DNA of 64,000 bases from Antedon mediterranea (taxonomy: Eukaryota > Animalia > Echinodermata): assembly GCF_964355755.1 (NCBI RefSeq), contig NC_092670.1, positions 20,012,795 through 20,076,794 on the forward strand, in the 5' to 3' direction. The position numbers were made by a program, and so were the translations under genes. The notes under the pieces were generated by a model that made no database searches, was not told the origin of the DNA, and worked only from the letters and a program-made list of their open reading frames with translations. Shown piece after piece: positions 12,901-27,900 of this stretch; the stretch's first letter is position 1, and each line of letters starts with the position of its first letter.

Positions 12901-15900
12901 TGAAAAAAAACCAATTTATGTGCAATGGATGCTGAGTTTGGTAATTCTAAGGCATATCCAATATGTGATGTCACAAGTAGGACAAAGAGTAGGAGGTCAT
13001 CATAAATTCATTAATTAGTTAATCCCATCCATTGGAAGAGTAAACTGCTAGGTATTATTAAACCAATTGATACATAGATTAATGCATCCAATTATACTTG
13101 ATCAATAAACTATAAATTTGATAGCATATTGATGAACATACTGAAATATAATTATCATTGGTTTGGCTTTTATGAAGGGCCATTATTTTTTTTATAGCAT
13201 CAATCAACCAGTCTATTACTTCTATAACAATAATATGAAAATAATTACATGAACATGACTAAATCCACAAATATTATTAATATTAGTTATTATTATATAT
13301 TTTTAAAATTATATTTATTCCATAATTTATAGGTCCATGTTTATTCTTACTGATTCAAAACTTTAATTTGAGTTTAAATTTACTAAAGTTTCTGTTACTA
13401 TTTATTATTACATTTGTTTTATTATATATATTGATTTCAGCCTTAAATCTACTTCCATTTGTGTTATTACTATTATTGTTCTGACTGGCCCATTTATTAT
13501 GAAATTGTGTGACCAAGCTTGATTGCCTAAACGTAGTATAATCAGGGAAGACTGTAATTTCACTCAATTCCAATCATATTTTAATTTCTTTTTTGAGTTT
13601 GCTAAGTATTGTATAATTGAAATGAAAGTGCTCATTAATGAATGGTCAGAAAATCATCTACACTATCAAACTAGTTTGTGATGTGCACAAATAAGGTGGT
13701 GATATGCCCAAATATGGTAGTGATGTGACATCATGTCCATATATGGGCACATCACATTTTTTTTATTTACATTTTTGCTACCCTGTACAGGGCAAACATC
13801 TTTTATAGAATTCATTCATGCATGCATTTAAAGAAAAAAAAAACCTTAAAAAGCTGATCCTAGATTTAAATAATTTTTTAATTTTTTTTTAAAAACCATA
13901 TTTAATGAAGGTGATCCATCCAGCAATTGCTGATCATTAGGGACCCTCAGAGGTTCACAAGACAAACATATCAACAAGATGCTCTACATAAACAAAGTCA
14001 TATTACAAGTCTTTGGGAGTGGAGTAATTTGGTCCTTAGAAAAAATCATGACATGTGACGGGACTTGAACCCAGGACCCTTGGAGTGGTAGCCAAGATCA
14101 TAACCACCAAGCCACAACTCCACTCTAATAATATTATTTATTACAATGAAACCGTAAAAAAGGTTAATTTTAGCACAGTACATAAATACATCCATCGACT
14201 GTGAAATGCTATATCATATTTCCAATATCAAACTAAATATGTACATAAAAAATATTTGGTTAAGCTAAAAATAAATTGAATAGGTGAATAAAGCTATAAA
14301 TCAGTCAATAAAACAAATTGATTGGAATTTTACAATATTAATTGGTATCATAACATTTAATAACAATTTTATTTTTATCCTTTTAGTATTATAGATTAAA
14401 GCATGTTGTGAGAGAATTAGCCTTCATCAAGGACTTTTATAATATACAATTATTTTTTTTTTTTTTTCAATTCTTTATAAAAGCCAAACAAGTTCAGTGT
14501 CCTTTTTTGTAAGCACTCATATAAGGTTAGTTAGCCTGTGGTAATACTTTTAACTGACTCCTCAACTGGATCTGAACACATACATACAGCATTATTTCAA
14601 TCTATTCTGCGGTGTCAGAGACTTTGGTAGTCAACAAAGCTTTTGGCAACTACACATTATACAAATAATTAATGTTTTATGTCGAATGGTTAAATATTCT
14701 CTTCAACAAATACAAAAAATGTTTGTTTTATAATACACCTACTGTCAATTATATTAACCATATGGGCCTAGACTTTATTTGTGTATAAGGCAGTGTAGTA
14801 TGGTATATGTAAAAAAAAAGTTTACCGTTTGGATGACAAATATCATATATATACTCCAATATAATTTTCATAAGAACATCAAGAGTGTTTGCTAAAGGGT
14901 GCTTCATAGGCCGTAGACAGTTCTTGTCGTCATCGGTCACTTTATCCTCCTCATCATCCTCCTCCTGTATATTGCATTGGTGTTCTACCATCGTATCATC
15001 AACAACACCGTCCTTATTTTTAAAATAAATAAAGTACATATTATAAGTAAACAAAGCATACCATATTTACTCAAATAAACGCTATGGGGCTACTACAAAT
15101 AGAAATGTGTTATATAGTATTTATTGTGTGTATATGAATGTGACAGTGACATTGAGGGGAAAAACCCCTTTATTCAAACTGCATTTATTCCAAATAATTT
15201 TTCATGGAAGCCGTTTATTTAAAGCGAGTAGTTTATTTGAATAAATATGGTAACCATTTGAGAATAAAAAAAAAAATTCCTTTTCATACTCACATTACCT
15301 AGATAAAAGCCCAACAACATAGCATTGTTAAACAGAGCAATTTATTTTACAACTCTATTTCAACACATTCACAATTGTTAGATACTATCACAAATGTTAA
15401 TACATATATGTACAAGGGTTTTCCCCTTATGCAATATAAACTGTAATAGAGTATATTTGGTCTAAGAAAATTAGTTTAGGTTTCTATGAACTAAACCTAT
15501 AGTTTAAAAGAGAATTATACTCGTCTACACTATTATTACTAGTTTGACACAAAACGTGTGATGTCCCTAAATATGGTAGTGATATGCTCAAATATGGTAA
15601 GGATATTACATCATCATGTTCATATATAAGCATATCACATTATTTGTCACATAAAGGTTGATAGTGTAGACATAGCTTTACATTTTCTAAAGAGGCAAAT
15701 TTGTCTATTGCTAATATTAAATGAATTGTCTTGCTGAGCATTTCACAAATAAGTATAGTGTCACCAGAAATATTGTGTTTACCATTTCAAACATAACATC
15801 TTCCATTTCACCTTCACTATCCTCCGCATCCTCCGATTCTTCTATGACAGTTCTTGGAACATGAACCTGAACAAAAATTGATAATGGAAGATTTAAAACT

Positions 15901-18900
15901 CCACCCACCGCCTAAAATCAGAATTTGGTTTATTCAACGCATAATTTAGTAAATTTTGAATGTTTTTTAGGGCTATGTATTACAAAAAATTAGATTTATT
16001 ATTTAATATTGATTTTTTTTTATCCTTTTTCTTCCTAAAATTTCTAGATCTATGGCCAAGTTAAAAAATAAATTTTACAGAACAGCCAAACAGAAGGTTG
16101 ATGTACATCGAGGTGCTTTGGCTTTTATGAATAAATAAAACACATAACTTTATAAATTGTATGCAATTTATATACTTATTTTCAATCAGCTGGAGTACAC
16201 CAATAGTGTCACAAAAGAAGTGTCTAAATTGACAATAACTTACATCTATTAGTATCATCTTTTCTATGATCAGCTCAAGAATCTTCTGCCTCAATCTAGG
16301 TACATACTGCGTAACTATTAGTAGATTCTTCACAAAACATTCCTGTAAAACCAAACATAATTTTCTATATTTATATATTAAATATAATGTAAAATCTATA
16401 TTAGTAGCTCTCTACTTTTAATTTATGTTTAGCTCTTGGATATTTTTTTTTTTAATGGGGCTTTTGAAATTTAACTCCATTTTTAGCCAGGTCTTTCTTC
16501 TTCCAATGTTTAAGCTGTTTTATCCTTTATAAATATTTATTTATTATTAGTGGAGCTGTAGCTTGATGGTTAACATGCTTGCCTTCCAATCTCACGATCC
16601 GGGGTGCAATCCTGACCTAGTAGCATGGTTGTAACTCATGACTCTTTTAACTGCCTAAGCCTCAAATGAGACTTGATTTAAGCATGATAAATTATAAAAT
16701 AGTTTATCCACCCTGTAATGGCGAGTTTGTGCTCGCTGTTGGATGTGTATGAAATAAAATAAAATTATTAATCTGTTAACTTTATAATTTGACACATTGG
16801 AAATGGCTTTTATTCAATTATTTAATCTACGTATATTTTTAAGTCTTGTTGAATTATTGTTTTACAAATGGTTGCGAGTTCAACTGACATATAATTTAAA
16901 ATCAACCAATCAAATGCCAAGGATAATAAATTAAAACATATATTCATCAAATATTATAACATAAAATATAAGAAATTATAATTGCATAAACTATGAAATA
17001 TATTAGATAAGTTTAATTAAGAATAATCGATTACACATGATTTCAACCAAATCAAATACAATAAGTCAAAATACCAAATTGTAAAAAATTCTTCTTCCAA
17101 AAAACTAACATATAAAACATTACTAATTACAAAAATAAACTACAAATATATTTTGATAAACCCTACAAAAATAATAGATTAGTCCATTGTTATAGGGAAA
17201 GCTATAGATTGGACATTAAAGTTGGTTGGTGGATTCAATAATTTCGTTACTATAAATGACGCGGTTAACATGAGATTATAATCTTCTTAATGAATGAAAA
17301 CAGAAGTTGAAACGGCTGGATTGACGCAAATTTCTAAGGTAATAAATAATTACTAGTATTGTCTTATGGTACGGATAAGCCTAATCCGATTCAGTGACAG
17401 CGGATTAAAAGGGGAGTTGGGGTTGGGTTTGTTGATTTGATAGGGGTGAAGGATGGCTATCAGTGATTTTGTGTTGGCTAAGGAAGGTTTGTGGGGGGTG
17501 GGGGGAGAGAGAATAGAGAATGGCCATCAGTAATTTACAGTTAGCCAAGGAAATTTGGAGGAGGAGAGGAGGAGATTTTATTCAGAATGGCTTCAGACTG
17601 TATCATCAATTCTTTTATACTAACATAAGATGATACTTTGGTTCGAGTGTTGTCTTTGAGAAATGTTTTTTCTTTTTTTTTATTAAATACAGTTAGGCAG
17701 TTGTCCTTATTTTAATAACAAATGTACACAGACAAGCGGTAACAGTAAGCGGAAAAGTAAGTAGCTTGTCCCATGTACAATCTGTATCTATTATAAGCGG
17801 GTTTCTGTTCTACCGCCAATCCGCTCCACATTTTGTGTAATTGACCGAAAGAAATAACATAGATTTTAAATTTTTACCTTACCATTTACTGCTTACTGAT
17901 AACATTCGTAAATTGGTTAAAAAAACAACACATAAATACAAATATAACGATTATACATTCATTAAAAATTACAAGAAACTATAAAATAGGTTTTTAGTGA
18001 AATAATGAAAATATATTTAATTAAAGGACAACTTGACCGACGACCATATTTTTACAATGTATTAGGGATGTACATATGATTTCCAAACCATCGCAAGATT
18101 AAGGATATCGCCGCACGAGGTTGCCATAAATTGCTGTGACGTCACAGGTGCATTGCAAAATTTACTTAATGAGTCCAGATAAGCAAAAGAAACAATAAAG
18201 AAAATTAACATGTATATTTTTTACAATTTATTTACAAAGTGTGTTTACTAGAAAATTTTTTTTTAAAGTATTACCAAATAAATGGTTTCATTTTTGTTCT
18301 CACATTTAAAATTCTACTTAAAATACAGTAATTAATAAACAAATTCTCAATTACTGTATGCCGCTCGAGTATACACCTTCTGGGCCCTAATCACCAAATA
18401 ACTATAGATTTCTTTTACAGAAACCACAATACAGTTATAAATGTCAGTTTTGATTTATGAGCTTTACAAAAATCATCATGCTTGCTATGTGTTAGTATAA
18501 TTTACAATGGTGCTTTAAAATACTAATAAGATAAAAGTTATATTTTCAAAGAATTTCATTTAGCTTCTAATTTTTATGGATGATAAAGATCTCTGATATA
18601 GATCAAACACTCTCGGTAATTACTTTTAAATTAGCTTATTCAAAAAAGAAACTTTATAATCTATAAAAAGTTAGTATTTTATTTGCATTTGAGAAGGTTA
18701 ATAGCTAAAATAAAACAATTAAACTCCTACTACTAGTTTGAAATTCCTTGAAAATAAGAGGGAGTGAATATTTTGTGGAACAATTTCAAATAATTATCAA
18801 ATTTTTTTTTGGATGGGAACTTCTTGCAAATTTCATTGAAATAATAAATCTTCCACAAAAAGTAAACAGTTGGTTTCTAAATTAATAAATGTTCCAAATG

Positions 18901-21900
18901 CTATGTTGTAGGAGAATGAAATGATAATTGTTTGTTTCTTGTAAACTTTATTCAATCAATCATAAATTTATAACTAGAAAGCCACTCCGAGAGTGCATAC
19001 TGTAAAATTCTCCAACATAAGATTTCTCCGGGAACAAATATATATATATTTGTGTGTGTCTTAATGCTGTTTGTGATTTAGGCTAATTTCACTACAAGCA
19101 TGTGTATGCGAGTTTGGTGTAATGGTTATGTAACAAGCCTTTTAATTAACAATAGCTTCAGTTGACTAACAATAGAACAGCAACGCGAAAATCAAACGAG
19201 TGAATTTGAAAAGAAATAGGTTTTTTAAACTACTCACATAAAAAAAGATGCACATTAAATCAAATTATATTTTAAAATTACAAATCACAAATTATAACTC
19301 TTGCCTCTTGTACAAAAATGAAGTTTTTTGGACAAGTAGTTCTCGAGTAAATGCAATTTCAGTTTACTTGTTACTTTAAGACTGCTCGCCGGCTTTTGTC
19401 CTATCTTTTAACACTAGCAGGTCTGAAAAATGGTCCAAAATTGGGACCATGGTCCCAAAATGTAATGGAATGATCCTTGACTACACATCTATCTGTATAT
19501 TCATTTTGGTAAAGATCTTGTAATTACTTTTTAAGTAATCCTGTTAACAAACAAACACACGCGACCGATTACATATACCTCCTTGGCGGAGGTAAATAAT
19601 AACCATAATAATGACCATAATAACGTGTGTAGTGTGTAAAATAAAAAAATATTAATTATACAATATATACAGCGATTATTTACAGTAATGATAACAACAA
19701 AAAAACTATGATTGAAAAAAATACAGAAATTTAATAATAAAATACTGAATAAATACAATGTTTCATTAGAGGTTTACAATCAATGGAAAAGATGAATAAA
19801 TATAATATTGTAAGCATCAAAAATAAAAATATATAACAAAATACGAATGAAATATATAATAAAGAGATGATAAAGAATGATATTGATGACTATCGCTTTT
19901 GTTGGTTTATCCAGGTATACTAAGCATGAAATCTTTAAAAATAAATCTTATTATTATTGATCGATCGATCGATTGATTGATGTTTGGCATTTATTTCAGT
20001 TATATACAAAGTTAATTTTTGCCTATAGGTAATCATCTCAAGTTTGTACATGACAAAAACAATAGAGCAACTATGTATGTAGGCTGGAAGGTGATAAAGA
20101 AAGGTGGTGATTGTTATAATAATGATTTATATCAGTTTACCTGAATATAAACATCTTTTCTCATGAATGGAAAACAGTCAGATGTTACAGGCATCAGAAA
20201 CTGTGGAGTCCTATGAAAACATAAAATAAACAAAATGGTATTAGGTATTAATAAGATTTCATCATGAAAAAACATGGCTTATTTAAATAATTATTTATCT
20301 TTCATTTAGAAAATTGGTTGAATAAGCATGACAAAGTTCTGTTTTCAGTTTCTGTTTATTTTGGTTCAAACCTTTCGATTACAGAGTATATTTCCAGGTA
20401 TTTTGTTTCTTTCACTAAATTAAGTGCAAACGTACCAATTTACTGTTTATCTTAAAATACAAATTTTGCTTTCTGATGTAAATTTAATATAAAAAGTAAT
20501 ATAGAAACTGTAAAATGTTGACTTATAGTGGCGCTGTAGCTTGGTGGTTAACATTCTTGCCTTCCAATCCCAATGTCCAGGGTTCAATCCTGACCTAATG
20601 CCAGGGTTGTAACTCACAACTCTTCCAACTCCACTCCCTAAGACTTGATAAATTATAAAATAGTTCATCAATCCTGTAATTGGCGAGCCGTTGGATGCAT
20701 AGGAAATAAAAAATAAAAATAAAATACACTATGTACTTACATTGGCACAATCTTAATAATCATTTGAAGTGATGTATGTACATGACGAAAACAAGTTGTT
20801 TCATTTTCTTTCCTCTTATTTTTATCTTCTTCGTTTTCATCTTTTGGTTCAGGACCTGTTGCAAAATAAAAATGCATAGATATATTAAAATAGTGCGCAG
20901 ATTCTGGGTTCGAATCTTGGCTGGGGATAGTTTTTTGTCATTCTCACACAAATTTTATCATCTTAACTATATTTAATTAATCATCTAAAAGTCTTCATTA
21001 CAGTTTTTGTCCTGTTTTTCTTTTTTTTTTCGAGTTTAATGGGCTGCCTCCCACTAGCTTTGTTATTTTAGGAATTTTGTCCATCTTAGTTTATAATCAA
21101 ATTATTGTTAATTTATTATTATGAACTTATAAGAGAAGTAAATCCTACTTTGATTAAATCTAAATAGGCAGTTTACAGTTACTTAATGCCTGTGAATTTA
21201 TATTCAAGTTATACTATTTATTCATTTATAACGGGAAGAAAATGTAAGCCATACATCAATAATGCTGAATAAATGTGTAAAGGGTAAAGATGAAAGAAAT
21301 GATTATACCTGTTCAAATGTAATTGATGCATTAGTATCAATGTATTATTAGTTAAACTAAATAAACTGTGTCTCTTTAAATAAAACAAATATTTAAAAAA
21401 ATTAAGATTTATATCATGGTATAACTACATATAATTGACAGTTGAAAGTGTTAAAGCTTTGTCAACACTAAAAAACTTTATGTGATGTGCCCCTATATGG
21501 ACATGATGATGTCATATCACTACCATATTTGGGAATATCACTACCATGTTTGGGCACATCACACTTTGTCAAACACAGCTTAAGAAAGATTTATTTTAAG
21601 ATATTTTAGTTAGTTGGTTAGTTTTGAAAATATTTTAAAGTTCTTCTTATACTAAATGTCTACCTTATATCTAAAATTCCATAACACTGAATTGAATTTA
21701 ATGGTACAAAATGTGCAAAAAACATGAGGGGAGAACGAGAAGAGGGTTATTAATAGTTCTTACATTATTTTCAGTACAGGATATTTAGTCTCACAATTCT
21801 TAATATGTAATTGAAAATTGACCACACTTTTATTAACCATTTGAAATGACCTAAATTGCTCAGAAAGCCACATCTTCGCAGATAACTGATACTAGCCAAA

Positions 21901-24900
21901 AATTCACAATAACCATGTTTACAGTATATCCAGAAACATTTGTATGAATACCCTTTAAAAATGGGTAAATAAGAAGAAAAATAAGAAAAAAATGTATTCA
22001 AATTTACAAAGGCCTCCATATTTTAATACCCAGTTTTTAAATCATAATTAGTAAATTGTTTATATTTTAATATGTAAAAGTATTACGTTGTAGAGCAAGA
22101 GTGAGTGGCCGAGCGGTTAAGACAGTGGAACCGTAATCACGTAGCCATAACATCGGCAGGGGTTCGAGGCTCACTCACTCCATGGTCCTGGTGGTAGAAC
22201 GAGTCTTCTCGGATAAGGACTATAAACCGTAGGTCCAGTGTACACAACTTGCTCGTGTGCACTTTAAAGAACCTAGTACATCTTTCGAGACGAGTAGGGG
22301 GTTACCCCGGTGTAGTAGTACATCACAGCCACTGATCACCAACTGGGCCCTCTGGGAGATCAGTCTTTGACTGAAGAGGTCACCCAGTATAAAGATAAAA
22401 CAAACAAACAAAATATTGAAAAAAAAGTTTAAACATTTAAACTTTAAATTTTGAGTTGCACTATTGAGATAACGTGTGAGTAATTTCAATAAAAGATTTA
22501 TCTTCATTAGTCTTCAATATATTGTATTGTCTAGGTCAAGATTAATGACTGGCAAGGAAATGGACTTAAATTGGATTTCATTCAGAACAAAAGCATTTTG
22601 AAAAACAGAGCTGAATGTGATATTTGTTGATGATGATGAATGATTTTAAATTTTATTTATTTAAAAAAATGACATTTCAAGCTAAAAGTCAGATGAAAGT
22701 TCACCACTCTTCAGTCAAGTAAATTTGCTGAGGGTTTAAGGCAGAAGAGCTGAAAACCATAAATCGGCAAAGGTTCAAGTTTCTCCTCGACCACAGTTCT
22801 AGAGGTAGAACAAGGTACCATTTCTTCTGTAAAAAAAATCACTGATTAAATTAACACCAACTTCTTGGCAGCAGAAACAGGACAAATTTTCAAAAACCAG
22901 TTACTGAAATGGCAGCCTGAAAATAACAGATAAAACCACCCAGTTGGTGTTAGAACCTAGTTTGAAATAAACACGTTATTTGTTGCTATGCAGCAGAAAC
23001 AGACCCTACATCTTCTTAGAGGTTTCTCAGATAAAGACTTAAAAATCTGGCTTATTTTCCAGTACAACCCTAACTTTGCTAGCCATAAGTTCATTGCATG
23101 CCTAATTCAGTTGACACATTTTGTTTTAGCTTGTGTGAACTAGTTTTTCTAAATCTACACTGTGAAAACCTAACTTAAAGCCCATGTTACGTTACTTCAT
23201 TTTATTTATTTGTTTCATTTATACAAAATAATGTAAAATATACAGAGATGAATCTGTCAGGGACTGAACAAGACTATACATAACTACCAGAGTCAGCAGT
23301 CCCATGATCTTAACTAAATCAATTTATGGCTGTTTGCTTTCCTTTGAATGCGCGTACATTTTCATTCAGTTATTCAATCCATTAGTTGGTCAGTCAGTAG
23401 CAATAACCATTTACGTTAAATGATAATTTATTAAATAAATTATAGCCACTTACTGTAGACTGGTATTTGTAAAGTATGGAGAAAAATTATGTATCATTAA
23501 AATATCATTATGCATTATTCTTTATACAACTATGAATAAAATTCAATATCTAATCAAATTGCATATGATTTTAATTAATTATCATACTATATTTATAACT
23601 ATAACTGTATAATTTGATTGAGAAGCACAAGAAACCTGAATAAACGACATGGACTAGTAAAAAATGTTAAATTTGTTGGCAACAGATCGATAAACATGTC
23701 TCGTATTACTAGTACATAAACAGTATAGTATAGTACTGGATTTGTTATTAAAAATCTTCTTTGAGAAAAGACAATAAGATAGAAGATAGTAAAAATATGC
23801 TACTCAAATGATATGTGGGAATATAAATCAGGTCAGTGATCTACTCAATTATTTTTAAAAAAAAAGGCCCTTTTATAGTTTTCCATTAATAGGGGTGTCC
23901 CCTGAATGGGGGTTGATTCTGGTGTTAAAATATACTGTATTTCTCATCATTTTTATAGGAAAGTGTTTGAGATATTGTTACTAGCATATTATAAATAAAT
24001 ATATATTATAAATGTATGTAAATAAAAAGTATGATTTCACATTTCGATTTTGAAACTTAAAATAAATATTGCTTATGAAAGCATTTTCATTTCATAACTA
24101 CCTTTTCAATTCATTAAAAAATATTTTCATATTTTGACAATATACAGGAAACTATGAATAAATGTCTGCTATTCATTATAAAAAAACCTGAGATATAACA
24201 TTGTATTATGGGGAAATATGCAAGTCACTAGCAAAGAATAAATATTGATTATTATTTAAGGCAAAATGTCTGCCATTCACCAAAGACACTTTTGTTGTTT
24301 CCAAAATAATACTTATTAATGGCAATAGCAGATTCTATAACTTGAAAGCAAGTCTATAGTTTAAAACAACTCATTCACAATTTTTTAATATTTATATTCA
24401 ATTTTGTTATTGAAATATAAATATCCTATAATTATAATTTGTAAATTCCTAAATAGCATTTTTAATTGATAGTAAAGATATTTTGTTTCCCTGAATAAAT
24501 AATTTTTGAAAATTGTTTTTGTTGAATATGCCATTTTAATGTCACATAGTACTGTGGTTATTCACTCTTACTTTTTTTATTTGATTTTTAAGTGGAAATA
24601 TTTGTTATTGTAATTTGTTTATTTTTTTTTTTATGGAAGCTATTAACTTTATTAAAACTGCGAAATGGCCTATTCAATCTTTATTTTTTTCGGGGAACAA
24701 TACATCTTTAAATATTTAATTGTTTTGTGTGTTTGTAATAGTCACCAAGTATGATAAATAAGAAAAAGGTTAAATAAAATTCCAATATAATAATGTGCAG
24801 TACTACTTATAATATTAATATATGCAAGAAAAGATAATACTACTGTATGAAATTTCTCAACAGGCCACAAAGTCTGGTTTACTGGAACATGCAATTTTCA

Positions 24901-27900
24901 GAAAGCAGTAAATTAATCTATTAATTAATGTGTAGCACTTTAGTAAATTGCTTTTTTAAGAGAATATCCACACTATAGTTAGCATTTCTTGTTATTACTT
25001 GGCAAAATAGAATTATGCCAAGTATTAATAGTACTTGCTTGCTTTGTTTGTTTGCTAGTACGATAGCACCTACAATTTTAAAGTTATCATTCTGAATTAA
25101 ATATCCTTTTTTTTTGTATATATTTAATATATACTTACAAAACATGCCTATTGAAATTCACGAAATTCTGTACATTAATATCTTCACAAATTAAAAATAT
25201 AAAAATTTGTATTCTTTTAACATAGGCCAAAAAACGTGTGCCCTCTTTGGCAATATTTTTTCACTAAATATTCACCTGTAGATTAGATAATAATTTGAAT
25301 ATTTCCTGCATTGGCTGAGATCATAGATTTTTTTGAATTTTAATCAACTATTATGTAGGTTACCATCACCATAACTGTCTGTCCTATCCTTACACAGTTA
25401 TTATCTTAAAATATTAAGGTTATCATTACCATATTTGGTAACCTTTAATATATAATACTGACCATTAATAATCAACTTAGCTTTTATTAGAAAGTTTATC
25501 AAGTGAAAATGATTTAATATAAAAAAAAACAACTCACATGGAAACAATAATATTAATATAATTATTAGGTTTAATAATAAATATTTAAATAAAGGTATAC
25601 AGTGAAATAGACAAAATTTACTAGTTATATTCTAACAACCATTGTATATAACAACCTTAAAAGTTTAATCTAATTTTTTTGTAAATTAAATAATTCAGAA
25701 GATAAAACATATTGCAATGTTATTATGTTACTAATTTAATTAATGTTTATGATTAATTTAAAACAGTAAAAATGTATTGCTTTTGAATAGACGAAAAAAA
25801 GGCGATAAAACTGATACAATTCACCTTGATAACCATAGTTAATCATAAATGTAAATTTATTTTTATTTCATTTTTTTTAAATTTTATTCAGTTGTCAACC
25901 AACAGCGATGAAACCGCCACTAACAGGTTGAATAAAAAAATGGTAGAGTTTAAATTTGTAATTGACGTCAATGAAAACAATTCTAGCTTGTTTATTTGTA
26001 GAGCTAATTGGTTGTAAATGTATCATTTATTCAAAAAACATTCATTTAGAAATTAATCTTAATTTTTCAGCATGCAAGTCCGTTTAAGATGTCAAATAGG
26101 TTTGTACATTAATCGAATATAAAGATAAATTAGTTGATTAATAACTGCTCGGTTGCTATGTACCCACTACTTACTAGTAGTCCACCAAAGGATTACTTGA
26201 ATGTTAAAGGTCAATGATGTTATCAACAGTGGGGGATACAAATTTAGATTAGGCAGGACCCACAAAAAGCTAGCCTCATCTTTAAAAAAAAGACTATCAT
26301 AAAATTTTAAATTTTCCTAAATGTTTTAGTCCAACATCAAATTGATCAATAATTATTCAAAATAAAAATGCAATATAGTGTTCTCCACATTGTTGAGGTC
26401 AAGCATTACATTTTCCTTGACTGACATGTGAAGATAATTTTGTTTTGACATTGATTAAAATACATGATCTCCTGATCGTTATACAGATTTGAGAGCCTCA
26501 TGGACAAGGTTCTAAGCGCCACGGCTGAATGTGAAACGTCCAAATAGAGGTACCAAGTGTTTCTTTAGGAGGACTGATGAGAACACAGATATAAAAGTAA
26601 CAGTTTATTACAAAATATTTTTTATGACTTATAATTTTAATTTTTTGCTTCAACTTCAGCAACCGACTGACAGAATGTTTTAAAGACAATAAAATCCGTC
26701 AGTGTACGTCCTTAATGCAATTTAAGTCTTTGCTTTAAACTCATATTTGAAATACACTTTTGGTTCAATATAACTTATTATATAATTATTAACTTACTTA
26801 TTAAAAATTTCCTTAGCAGCATTTTTAATACAGATCGTAAGTAAACAGTTTGTGCTGAAACTAGATCTACTAGAAAAGCACGGTACTCATCTACAACTTC
26901 AGTGTCATGTTTTTCCCATCGAACTCTCTATAAAAAAAAATCAAACTTGTTATTAATCATTATATTATTTTCAATTTTTATGGTTATCCTTGACAGAGAG
27001 ATCGCCAATTATAGCAAGCGAGTTTATTCACTGTCATTATTTTTCACAAGACTAACATACATAACAAGATGCAGTGCACTTAGCGAAGTTTATGTCTTAT
27101 TTTTGTCAGGATTTTTTTTGGCATTTGACAAGATTTTAACCCAGGGCCTTGTGATTGGCAGCCAAACTACAATTCCACTTGAAAGTTTACAACTTCACTT
27201 AGCATAAAAATGTCTAAAAAAGAGATTCAATTATTGTATATTTTGAGAAAACATGACTTTCTGAAATTATGACACAAATGTGTATTTATTCATTTGTAAT
27301 ACTTACTAATATAATAGCAACAAGTGATTCAAACTCCTTGCTCATTACAGTTACAGCTCGACGGAGCTCCTGTAACCATGACAACAGTGAAGCAGACTAA
27401 AAATAAACGATGATAGCTACAGTTATAACATAACATACGATTTATTGCCCTTAATCAGCAATGTAACTTGGTTGGGTGGTGTTGTTATGTTAGTAATCTT
27501 AAAGCTCTGTCTACAACTATCAAACTAGTTTAACAAAAAATAAGGGTGATGTGCTCAAATATGTAATGATATATCCAAATATGGTAGTTATATGACATCA
27601 TCATGTCCATACAGTATATAAAGTTTGATAGTGTAGACAGAGCTTAAGACTTTGTACCCAGCAAGGCTCTAGCCATAAGAAGCGAGTGTCAAAATGTATG
27701 AGTTTGTATTAAGAGAAGGACCACTACCCTACATATGACACAGACTCTATTGGAGGCTATAAGCAATTTTCATAACAGCCAAGAAACATCTTTACAAACT
27801 GCTAACTGTCAAAGTGTGATTAATAAACTTAAAATAGATTACCTTTATATCTGGATCGGATAGCTGATGAATTAACAGATCATAATCATTCCTGTTCCCC

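Noticed and set aside
21771-22019. Minus-strand ORF as a missing RRN3 exon
   Set aside because: The true exon for that part of RRN3 is 26798-26927, which joins 20855 in phase. This ORF lacks RRN3 motifs.
16548-22180. tRNA genes at 16548, 20527 and 22099
   Set aside because: The cloverleafs are imperfect and continue into shared SINE bodies with A-rich tails, so they are SINE heads.
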